Shown piece after piece: positions 53,371-64,000 of a stretch of 64,000 bases of DNA. The first letter of the stretch is position 1, and the number at the start of each line of letters is the position of its first letter. The position numbers were made by a program, and so were the translations under genes. The notes below the pieces were generated by a model. That model worked only from the letters and a program-made list of their open reading frames with translations. It did no database searches and was not told the DNA's origin. This DNA is from Octopus vulgaris (lineage: Eukaryota): the NCBI GenBank assembly GCA_951406725.2, contig OX597821.1:46562001-46626000 (forward strand), written 5' to 3'.

Positions 53371-54826
53371 TATTATTATTATTATTATTATTCAATATAA
53401 TGGTAATTATGTAAGATAGAACTAAACGTTGAGTTCTTAATTTCATTTCTATTTTCCCTTTATGGAATTTGCAAAATAATATTAACGAACGAATGAGGGA
53501 ATCGCTACGGGGTGGGGGGTGGGGTGGGGAAATTACTTGACTTACCAAAAATAGCAGCTAAGTCTTCTTCTAACCTTACTCTTAAAAAGAATGACGCAAT
53601 GGCTAATCCGGGCATAAACTGGAAAATAGAAACTCTGTAATATCTGATCCATCAGTGCAGGGCCAAACCGACGTTAAATGCAATCATAAGACGGGAAGTA
53701 TTAGAATAGACGACATATTATATTTCAGTGCGCTTCTCTTCACTGACAAAAGCAATTATTATATGGTTCCCACTCTCTCTTTATTTCTGTTCTTCTCTCT
53801 CACTCTCTATTTCTATTCCCCCTTCCCTCTCTCTCTATTTCTATTCCTCTTCTCTCTCTCTTTCTTTATTTCTATTTCTCTCTCCTCTCTCTCTCCCTCT
53901 CTCTCTCTCTCTCTGTCTTTCTGACGGTGTGCAGTATTTCTTGTGTTATATTACCAAACACATTGTTGTTACTGTTTGCCTCCAAAGTGCAAACCTGTGA
54001 TGTAATGTCTTCTCGCCGTTACCATTCGTCCCCCCCCCCATTTTTTTCATGCTTTGTGTATATAGGACCCTATAATCTAATTTTAGTTTCCTTTTACTGG
54101 TCGATGTCAAAGTAATTTACCTACTATTTCTAGCTAGCAAATATATGTATATATATTATATATTATATATTATATAAAGGATATAATATATATATATATT
54201 ATATCCTTCCTTTTATTAATACCGAAGTGTATGTCATAACAGAAATTTAGCGGCTATATCTCGCAGATTAAACGGACGTGTAGAGACCCCCGGTTATCAA
54301 TTAAAGTAAGTTTATTATGTAGGATCAGAAACAGAACCATGATAGCTAATCATCTTTTTTAATTAGTTAAGCGATGCAATGCACTAAAAGCCTTCTCATT
54401 TGGTCAGGTTTAAACTATTCACTTCTCACGCCGCTATATTTGTCAGCAAGAGCTTTATCCTCTTCTTGTGACAGGGATTGTTCTGTTATGATATTTATTG
54501 TAACCCATGTTCACATTCGATATAGTAAACTATTATTTGCTATGCTATCAACCTTAGAAGTTAGTGTGGAATCTTCAACCATTAGTTGAATGCGTGCAGA
54601 TAGAATGTATTTAAACTTAATGGCCTTATTCACATTGGTAAATTACCGTGAAATTAATGACATTTTGGAAAATCCGAAAAGCACTATATCCAGGGATGGT
54701 AAATGAAAATTAATTCAGTTGTAACCGAAAATGCTGTTTGCTGGCTCTGAAGCTTTTCCTCAAACATCCAACTGAATTCTGCCATTCATCGCTTGATATG
54801 TATTGCTAAAATTCTACTAGGATTTA

Positions 54827-54967
54827 TAAGGTTGTCCCAAAAGTTCGTAGAAAGTCTTGGAAAATAATGGTCTTTATTTTGAGGAATAGTTTTTGTTGTT
54901 TTTGTTAGTACTTGGCGAGTAAAAATTCGATTTTCGCAAGTGTTTACGAACTTTTGGGACAACCTAA
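54827..54967. mobile_element. 141-bp mariner-type MITE
   Basis: Perfect 21-bp TIR core AGGTTGTCCCAAAAGTTCGTA (54829-54849) and its reverse complement (54945-54965), flanked by TA on both sides. Confidence 0.88.
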
Positions 54968-55310
54968 TATAAATTTCACTATGTGCCTCTGTTTTCTCAT
55001 TCAAACTGCATTAAGATTGTCATTTATTGTAACAAAGCTCTGTTTCGATTTTGCTCGAAATTAACATATGAATATCATTTTTCGCTAGTATGTACTCTCC
55101 CATTCTCGGTTGCTTTTCATTCTTAGGTATTTTTTTTTTGAGACACCCGACGTCTTTTTGCATATTTTTAGCCAACAGATATTCATTGCACAAGGATCAC
55201 AACAATTATATCATATTTGAAGTGAGGCAGGTCGTGTCTCCGAGGAAACACTATAAGGAATCTTTATAAGTCCACTTCGTCTCGAAAATTCTTAGGATGC
55301 ATTTTAATAC

Positions 55311-55349
<39 letters not shown>

Positions 55350-56180
55350 ACTATCTCTCTCTCTCCTATATATCTCTTTCTTCGTTTCTGTGTTTGGAAG
55401 AATTAAATGACTAACAATGTTTGTGCGAAATCAAGGATCTTTCTAATGAATTTGTCTTTGGGGTTAAACTACAGACACTCAGACGCATTTGGTGATAAAG
55501 TTATTGCAACACAGTTTACAATTTGAGCAGGTAATAATAAGGTGTACAGCGCTCGGTCTAAAAGTTTCGTCTGTTTAGGATTATGTTACTCTTTCATATA
55601 CAACTGGCATTAAAGTTTTGTACCCTGTATGCAGGACAGAAACAGGACGCAAGAAAGACGTAGTAGTTGCTTGCAAATAATTACTACAACTATTAACAAT
55701 TGGCAAAAAGAAAACAACTTAAAAAACCCCAGAAAAACAAACTATACCAACTCTGTTCATGTTCTGTGATTACAAGACGCCAACAAAATTTCTTGGTTGG
55801 TATTTTACGGCTCACAAAAAAAAAAAAATAATAATAATAATTATAGACCGCCTCAGACGTTACAATGATTATTAGTTTGTTGCAAATATTGCAAATATTT
55901 TTGGAATGTCTTTTTACTAAAGAAAAAAACAAACAATACAATGAAGGAACCTGTATGTAGTCATTCGACATGCTAGACATATAGTAAATGTTCCTAAAAT
56001 TATGTCTTACTGTCATAAAAAGGAAGGAAATATAATATATTCCTAAGTAAATTATCTGTAAAAAAAAGTGGGATTCTCACGCCCGCAATGTCATTGATTA
56101 AAAATTTAGACAAAATCGATCGTGGAATAAACAACAAAAATTATATGTATATGTTTACATGCGCACGTGTGTGTGTATGT

Positions 56181-56230
<50 letters not shown>

Positions 56231-57205
56231 ACTTCTTTATGATACTATATTAATTAGGAGCATGGCAATAGAATCAGTCGATATTGAATAAAATGGCTTA
56301 CAATATTTTCTTAGGTAGCTTCTTGTTCTCAGTTAAAATTCCACCAGTAACTGCTCCTACACATACAGGCATCTTAGACTGCATCTAAAGAAAGACCACT
56401 CGAGCTCATGGTATGATGCCGCTCCAAAGCTCCGACCTCTTGTCTACAGACATACTTCTTTTTTACTCCCCATCTTCCATCGCCTCTATAATAACACAAT
56501 GCTCTTCAAAAGTGGATGACCTCGAACCACCTCCACAACCCTTTGCGGACCCAGCCGACCCACTCTTTTCCCCATTCTCTCTATCTCTCTCTTTCACTCA
56601 CCAATCCCAACGTCTCCCCTTTGGAAACTTCCTCGCATGTTCTAACTTTGCAGTCTTTATCTTACAGTTTAATAAAAACAGTAATCACATTGATCTCAGC
56701 AGTCTTGGAGGGTTTGTGAAGGCTTTGGAGGCAGCTTTTACGTCCAGCGATGAAAATCATGTCTGAAATTAGGATGAGAAAGTCGTTCGAATAGTAATAT
56801 TCCAGTTTTTATTTAGCAACAGTATCTAATATAGCGTTCCTTTATATAAAGAAAACAAATAGCATTTCATTTGAAAAGATGTAGGTAATACTTCTTGAAA
56901 GTCGAACGACCTCTCTTATATGCGATATAATGCTTAGTGTTGGAGTTGTCGATATGAATTTTATAATCAATATTTCAATTAATATTTGAATTTGAATTAA
57001 CTTCGCTTTTTTCTTCCGCGTCCTCTCAAGAAAGAATACAGCTATCCTAATTATGCAGTGTTTGTGTTTCCCACTATTACCACAACTGTGACTTTACTAA
57101 AAGAAAAAAAAAAATATTTCTCATTATAGCAGAAGAATAACATTTTTAAACATGGAAAAGCGGGATCCGAAAAAAAAGAATCTGTGCATTACATTTTAAA
57201 TATAC

Positions 57206-57809
57206 TTTTCTACCCAAGGCACAAGGCCCGAAATTTTGGAGGGAGGGGGCCAGTCGATTAGATCGGCCGCAGTACGCAACTGGTACTTAATTTATCAACC
57301 CTGAAAGGATGAAAGGCAAAGTCGACCTGGGCGGAATTTGAACTCAGAACCTAAAGACAGATGAATTTGAACTCAGAACGTAAAGTCAGACAAATTTATA
57401 TTTTATATATTTTTTTATAATCTAGACACAAGGCCCGAAATTTCTGGGGAGGGGGCCTGTTGATTAGATCGACCCCAGTACGCAACTGGTACTTAATTTA
57501 TCGACACTGAAAGGATGAAAGCCAAAGTTGATCTTGGTAAAATTTGAACTCAGAACATAAAGACAGACGAAATACCAATTTCTTTACTACCCACAAGGGG
57601 CTAAACACAGAGAGGACAAACAAGGACAGACAAACGGATTAAGTCGATTATATCGATCCCAGAGCGTAACTGGTACTTATTTAATCGACCCCAAAAGGAT
57701 GAAAGGCAAAGTTGACCTCGACGGAATTTGAACTCAGAACGTAACGGCAGACGAAATACCGCTAAGCATTTCGCCCGGCGTGCTAACGTTTCTGCCAGCT
57801 CGCCGCCTT
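57206..57809 (-). mobile_element. Tandem cluster of three SINE family A copies (last one full length with an alternative tail)
   Basis: Three consecutive ...AACTGGTACTTA...GAAAGGATGAAAG...GAACTCAGAAC units; head CTGCCAGCTCGCCGCCTT at 57792-57809. Confidence 0.9.
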
Positions 57810-58849
57810 GCCACACAAATTGTGCGAAGTTTATAAATTAATCTATCAGATATTTGCGACTTAAACTTTTGTTCTTTTCATTTTTGTGATGTTAGCGTTT
57901 ATTTGCCGTTAACATAATTGTTGGTAATGGCTTGATATTAAGGTAATGAACTTACAAATCCTGATTTCAGACAAGAAATATGTGTGTGTGTTAATGTATT
58001 TAATACATGAGGTATTTAATACTTATGTGGTGAAGAAAAGTTATTAGCTAATGACTAATCAAATGTTAATCATTTCAGCAACTTTGAGAGACAACTGCAG
58101 ACGTCCTTTCATCTTTGTACTTTACTGATGAATTTATAAATACGGAAACAGGTCCAGGAACATATCTCGAATTTGCCGAAATAATTGAATAGTATTATTC
58201 CTTGTCTAATAAGATTTATTACTCATCATTAAGTAATTGAAATTATATTTGTTAATTTTTAATGCTCCTCGCATTTAATTAAGTAACACTAACTTAAATA
58301 TTGAAAGTAACGGAGTGAAAATGTATATATATTGGCTTCAGATGGATGGTGTATTGTAATGAACGATTTTGTATTTGTATTCCATGACCCATTCATCATT
58401 ATTCCATGCAAGATAGGTAGAATGTAAACTTGGTTGGACAGGGCAGAAGTAGGCCAAAGCATGACGTATGGTGAAACTCATACTTACTGAAAAATGAAAA
58501 TAATTTTGTATAATAGCCTTTTTAATTTACAACTGCATATTTGTATCTAGGCTACTCATTCAATAGATTAAATACGTTAAAACCCTCTTACATATAAAGC
58601 AGTAGACTAGTATTATTAAGTCTTTTAAAAATAAATGTCAGTTGGTAGAAAGTAATATACTTTATAATGTCATTTGTAGACAACACAGCCTGATTTCAGT
58701 AAATATAACAAAGACGATGATGATTATGAAAATTTCTTTCATTGGCCACAAAGACCCACATATTAAGGATAATATAAAACGACGATATACATCATACAAA
58801 AAGTAGGGTTTGCATAGATTAAAAGAAAATCAACAGTACTCTCACCTTT

Positions 58850-59870
58850 CTCTTCAACTGATCATTCCAAAAATAAACGAAGGCTTGACTAGACAGGTAA
58901 ATTACCATACTCAAACCTTTCAGATGAGTCCCTTACATAATCTCTTACATCACAGTCACCATGTAGAGAAATATTTGCTTCGCTTCCTTACTGAAGAAAG
59001 AGGGCACTACGATCTTTCCTATTGTCGGATTCAAGCTAAACGTTACAGCAGCTGCATCCTACAAGCCGCAAATCACGCTTGACGCTAGTAGGCAATGGTC
59101 CCCTGTAGAACTACCCAGAAAAGGACATCTGAATTTTATTTTTCATAGTATTCGAGAGAGAAGACCTCCAGAAAAGGCTTCTCAGACTGTATTCAATTAT
59201 GACCAGAGTCAATAAATCCATTGTCACCCCATACCTTCAATTTACCCTCTATAGTAATCTAAAATCAGACAGTAATATATTACTGATTCAATGTGTGCAT
59301 GAACTAGTTCTGCTCTATCTTTCAAGGACAGCTTCCTTCAGATTCACTTTTCAATGAGATTGACCAGCCAAATCACGACCTCTTCCTAGTTCCTTTCCAC
59401 TTGGAAACCTAGTCTGAACTAATCTGAGAACTCTACTCGGCCTGGGTTCAGCGATAGGAATCATTGGCACCCTGCATAGACTTTTCTCTCCGTGTACCAG
59501 CTGTAAACTCACCGACATAACTAGTACTGTTTAGTTTAGTGTCGACGGCTATTATGCCTACAATGTCTAACTCCACGATAGTTATCTCATCTGCGTATGT
59601 TGATGACACAGCTTTCCTGTATTCCAGTTGAAGCGGGGAAAGTCCTCAAAATTTACATATTGAACAAAGGATTAGGAGCTGAAACACAGGGAACCATGTC
59701 GTTGACGGCCAAAGTGTTCGAGGCAAAACAGTTGCAAGTGGTGACCGTTTAATTTGAACATAGAAGAGATGCCGCTGTACAAAGTGGTGATCCAGCCAGA
59801 TCTGTTCCCGAACAACCGACTCTACTATGTATTTCAGGAGGTGGCGGTTGTCGTGGAAAAAAGGGACGAC
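58850..59870 (-). pseudogene. L1/Tx1-clade LINE reverse transcriptase remnant
   Basis: Minus strand: GWITTLYSGISSMFKLNGHHLQLFCLEHFGRQ, AVSSTYADEITIV, REKS, RKLSLKDRAELVHAHIESVIYYCL, in L1/Tx1 order. Confidence 0.8.
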
Positions 59871-60434
59871 AAGGATGATAATTATAATGATGATGATGAT
59901 GATAATGATGACGAGGATGACACTAAAACAGCTACAATGAAATACAAAAAGAGTATTGTCTTTAATCATTCAATCCTACAGTTTTCGTGTGATATTTAAA
60001 ACGCACCACAGGGGTTTGAAATTTGTAGTACGATATGTGTGAATGCGTGCGTGAGTGTATTTATGTGATACATGCATATATGTATATGCGCGAGCGCGTG
60101 TGGTTGTGTACGTGTGTATAATAAATATGTACACAGACAGACACACACACACACACATAGCCACACAACCGTACGAAAACCTAATTTGGCCGGAAAGCTT
60201 GAATGCGAAAAACAAATGCATGCTCTTTTCTCCAGGCAATAAACCTGTCTATTTCCTTGATGGCGTATCAGCTTTGGGCTAAGCTTGATCCTTTTGATTA
60301 TTTCCCCTTATCACGCGGAAGCTGTTTTCAGTTACCATTTGGTAATTGTTAAACGCCATCTAGAGGCGGACGTAATTTTAGTACCTCAAGAATTTATATT
60401 GTATACTGTTCCATATGCTCGTATTTGTCTATTG

Positions 60435-60469
<35 letters not shown>

Positions 60470-62638
60470 ACACATGGATACATAGATTCACACATACACA
60501 CACATACACACACATCACACCACACTACACTACAGACGCACACGCACGGATAAGAGGAGTTTCCACCTGAGAAATTTTCTCATAGGAAAGATAAATATAT
60601 ATTTCCTCATGTGTTTCCTTTAAAAAGACCAGATACGTGATCAATATGACCGCATATGTTTTGTTCACATGCGATGTCAAAAAGAACAAACGATATTCTC
60701 CGTAACCAAACTGGAAATAGTTTTGATGGCAATCGTAAGTATCTAATTATATTTGTGATGGTGCTAATGAAAATAAGAATGAGGTTTAGAAAAGTACTTC
60801 CACCATGCAAGATAACGCTTATGATAGAGAAAAAACCACGCATAAGAATAATTATATTGCCACTATTTATTCTTTTGTCTCTTTCTTGGTGGTCGGAAGA
60901 AACGATTTGATAAATATGTAGTGGCTATTTTCAGTAATGTAAGTAGCATTTAATTTGACTGACTGACCCACTCACAAACTTTCCGGCGTTACTCTATTTA
61001 TAAACCAGCATTTTAGGAGTTGTTTTTCAGGTAGTAGATTGCTTGAAATTGGATAAAATACTGGGTTGTCTGTCATATTTTTTTTTGTTTTCTTGCCTAG
61101 TCCTGGGTGATCCATGACCGAGTAGAACTATAGTTATTTCAGACATGCTAACCCACGTTTTAGAAATATGTACGATTATATTATCTAATGTGACTTTTCT
61201 TCCACCTAATGTATCTAAGAGCACATTATCAAGTTTTCCTTCCTTTCTGCTTTGGTTGTTGCATAGCCCCAGATATAAATCCTCATCGAATAGATAGATC
61301 TGTGATCAAAGGTATTCGAACTAGAGCTAAACTACCACTTTAAGAAGAAGGATAGCCCCAGTTGGAATAAATGTTGATACTTAGATTCAAGGAATAGATT
61401 ATTTAAGGAAGATTGGGCATACTTTGATAAGATATTTGGCAGCTATTTCGAACGATGTAAACTACCATATAAGTTCTTGTCGTTTCTAAGATTTTTGGGT
61501 AGGGAGAATTTTGCTGCTATTTCGCGCAAGCCGACCTCGTCGGCTTGTGTCCTCTGTATTCTGAGATTAAAACTTCGTGGTCGACTTTGACTCCCTCAAC
61601 ATCGAGATCGAAATCAAGTGTTCGCCACTTCTGTAGCTATACTTCTCTCGTGTTATTCTGTGACACCTTGTTAAAGAAAAGAAACCAAAATTGCAACTGT
61701 TTTCGGAGCTGCGACGTAAAACAAATCGAACCTGCACTGTCGTCTTCCATTCCATGCTCTAAACAATTGGATATTCTTCTGTCATTTATAACGTTGAATC
61801 GAAAATTAACACAACCTTGTACAAGTATGATATCCAGTGACTTAGTAAGAAAGCAAAATTGATACAGAGGCTTTAGAGACCAAAATATTCATCGACAATT
61901 TTTTAAACACAGAATCCATAAGTTCGAAACGAACTCTTGTAATACATTTCTTTAGTACTTTTTCATCCATTTTCCATGCCTCTAAAAGTATGCTAATTAT
62001 GACAATTCTTTAATTATCTCCAGTATGGGAGATAAATATTTTTGGAAGATAAAAACTAAAATTAGTGTGGTCATATACAATATATAAGGCCTTACTTTAT
62101 ATGAGTAAATAATATGGCTCCCAGCACTAATTTCTATTCTGAGCTAAAATGGTGCTATATTCCAAAGAACTGTATATACTGGAATATGAGACTTAGATGT
62201 CTTATAAAAGGTATTGTTAAAGTAAATAACTAAAAAAAAATTTTTTATGAGAATCAGAACGGACCTCGTTGGGATGGTAGTCTATATCTTGTACTAGACT
62301 GTTACTCTCAATAAGAAAAGCAATGATTTGTTGGGACATCCATTTGTAATGTAGTTGATCCCATCCTATTCAGACATATAGAGACATGTTGAGCAGAACT
62401 TGAGTCAGAAAGGTAGAGTATCAAAATATAATTTTATCGCGATTCAATGAGAGATCCTATGTCGCATTGTTGCATGACTTACTACAAGTAACAACCAGAT
62501 CTCCCTCAAATTACAAACTGTCATATGAAAAGGCGGAGGACACATGACATCATTAAAAATAAAGCTAGAATGCATTTAATCATAGGTTTGCGGAATGAAA
62601 TCTGAGATGATCTGAGCTAAACAATAACCACACACTAT

Positions 62639-62912
62639 CTAGGATAACATCTGGGATGTTATCTAGTTTACAGTCTTGTGTACCATATAGTATTATTTCC
62701 AATATACTAACTGGTATATTATCCAGCGTACTGATTCATATAGTACCTAGAATACTGTCTTGTATACTACCTTCTAAACTTTCTAGTATACTATCTGAAT
62801 ATGATATAGCATAGAATCTAGAATATTACCCAGCATATTATCTGGTATACTATCTCTACTATCTCCTACATGTTTGGTATACTATCTCTTTGCTACTTAG
62901 TATACTATTTAG
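62639..62912. repeat. Diverged 12-bp minisatellite, consensus CTAGTATACTAT
   Basis: Strict 12-nt phase from 62639 to 62806 (for example CTGGTATATTAT, CTAGAATACTGT, CTTGTATACTAC, CTAGTATACTAT), continuing with indels. Confidence 0.8.
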
Positions 62913-64000
62913 TTTCCTTAATAATATACCATAATCCTCGAAAACGTTTACTGCATATTAGGTAAATAAATTTGCTTTAAAATAGCAATCCTAGTTCGGT
63001 ATTGAAATTTATAGTTAATGAGGCATTTGTTCGTAGAGAGGAAATATCTGCATAAGAAGCTATAAATTGGAATGTATGCTAAGGGGAAAATCCGAAAACA
63101 AAATACAGCTTCAGCTACAAAGCATACTATAAACAGATAATTGATTAGTCTAAAAGCGAAAGTAATTTATTTAATTATGTCTAATTTAACTTTTAAAATT
63201 GAAGTTTTCAATGAATCCAGCATCGATCTACTGGACAAATAAGTCACATTAGGCAGTGAAGTAGAAAATAATAACAGGTTTTTAATCTAAGAGAAACGAA
63301 CATTAAATTTTAGAAATATGTGTTAAATATATTTCCAATAGACTTATTTGTAACGACAATCTCTCCTCGAACTTTGCTTTACTAATCACAAGAAATCCAA
63401 TCAAGCAGTATAATGATTTGAAAATTAAGCCAATTATCAAATATTTTTGTGTCTGCACCAGCAATTATAAGATAACGAGCCAAAAGAATAATTTTCCTTC
63501 TAGAATCACGAAGATTCAAAAATTCTTTTCTAACAATTCTGCTTTAAGCATAAACCCTTGTTCTAGTCATAATCAATGAAAAAATGTATCACAGATTTTA
63601 CGGCTTTGTTAAAATGAGTAAGTTGTATTACCTCAAGCAATATGAGTTACTTTTGTTGAAAACACGTACTTTTGGAAAATGCATTTCTCTATTCGCTCTT
63701 ATCTCCAGAGTAGATCAAGAGAGAAGTTCTCATTTGAATGAGATCACAACGTTATAGCTCAAACGAATCATTGATTAATGTACATGTTATTTTCAGAAAG
63801 ACTGCTGTTTATTTGCTACCTTGTGGCTGATGCTAACCCCAGTTACCGACATGCTTCATTTTTTAGAACTTCATGAACTTCCAATTATCTGTGAAATGAT
63901 CTCTTCTGAAATTAATTTTAGGATCCCAATCGTATTTTCATTTCGATATCGATGCATAATGAGAAATAGAATGCTAGTCTATCGCAGCAAGCTTTCCTGT

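Noticed and set aside
59585-59620. Plus-strand AYVDDT RT motif suggesting an inverted LINE segment
   Set aside because: The minus strand reads TYADEITI collinearly with the other L1/Tx1 motifs; the plus match is a shadow.

Overview
AT-rich animal DNA dense in microsatellites and retroelements. The repeat content suggests an octopus or other coleoid cephalopod; this is an inference, no search was run. The only supported protein-coding gene is on the minus strand: a BMI1/PCGF2-4/Psc-type Polycomb group RING finger gene. I assembled seven GT-AG coding exons with compatible phases (39979-39924, 36597-36550, 33659-33524, 29694-29649, 19170-19072, 14996-14916, 11131-10262). They encode the post-RING helix, the RAWUL domain and a long low-complexity tail. 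The RING-finger exons were not found and probably lie beyond base 64000. The rest is intron or downstream sequence filled with tRNA-derived SINE families, decayed LINEs (RTE, CR1, R4/Dong-like, L1/Tx1), mariner remnants, a MITE, Helitron-like elements and simple repeats; almost every ORF in the supplied track is a repeat artefact. The most interesting signals are self-cleaving-ribozyme motifs inside repeats. These are an apparently intact minimal hammerhead at 47092-47171 (-), a tRNA-headed SINE with a hammerhead-bearing Penelope-type tail and an inverted partial copy (49207-49820), a degenerate hammerhead at 501-537, and an HDV-like ribozyme at the 5' end of an RTE-derived element (32042-32119). 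Also notable are target-site rearrangements beside young SINEs and candidate cassette exons. Repeat boundaries are approximate; the exon boundaries were checked base by base.
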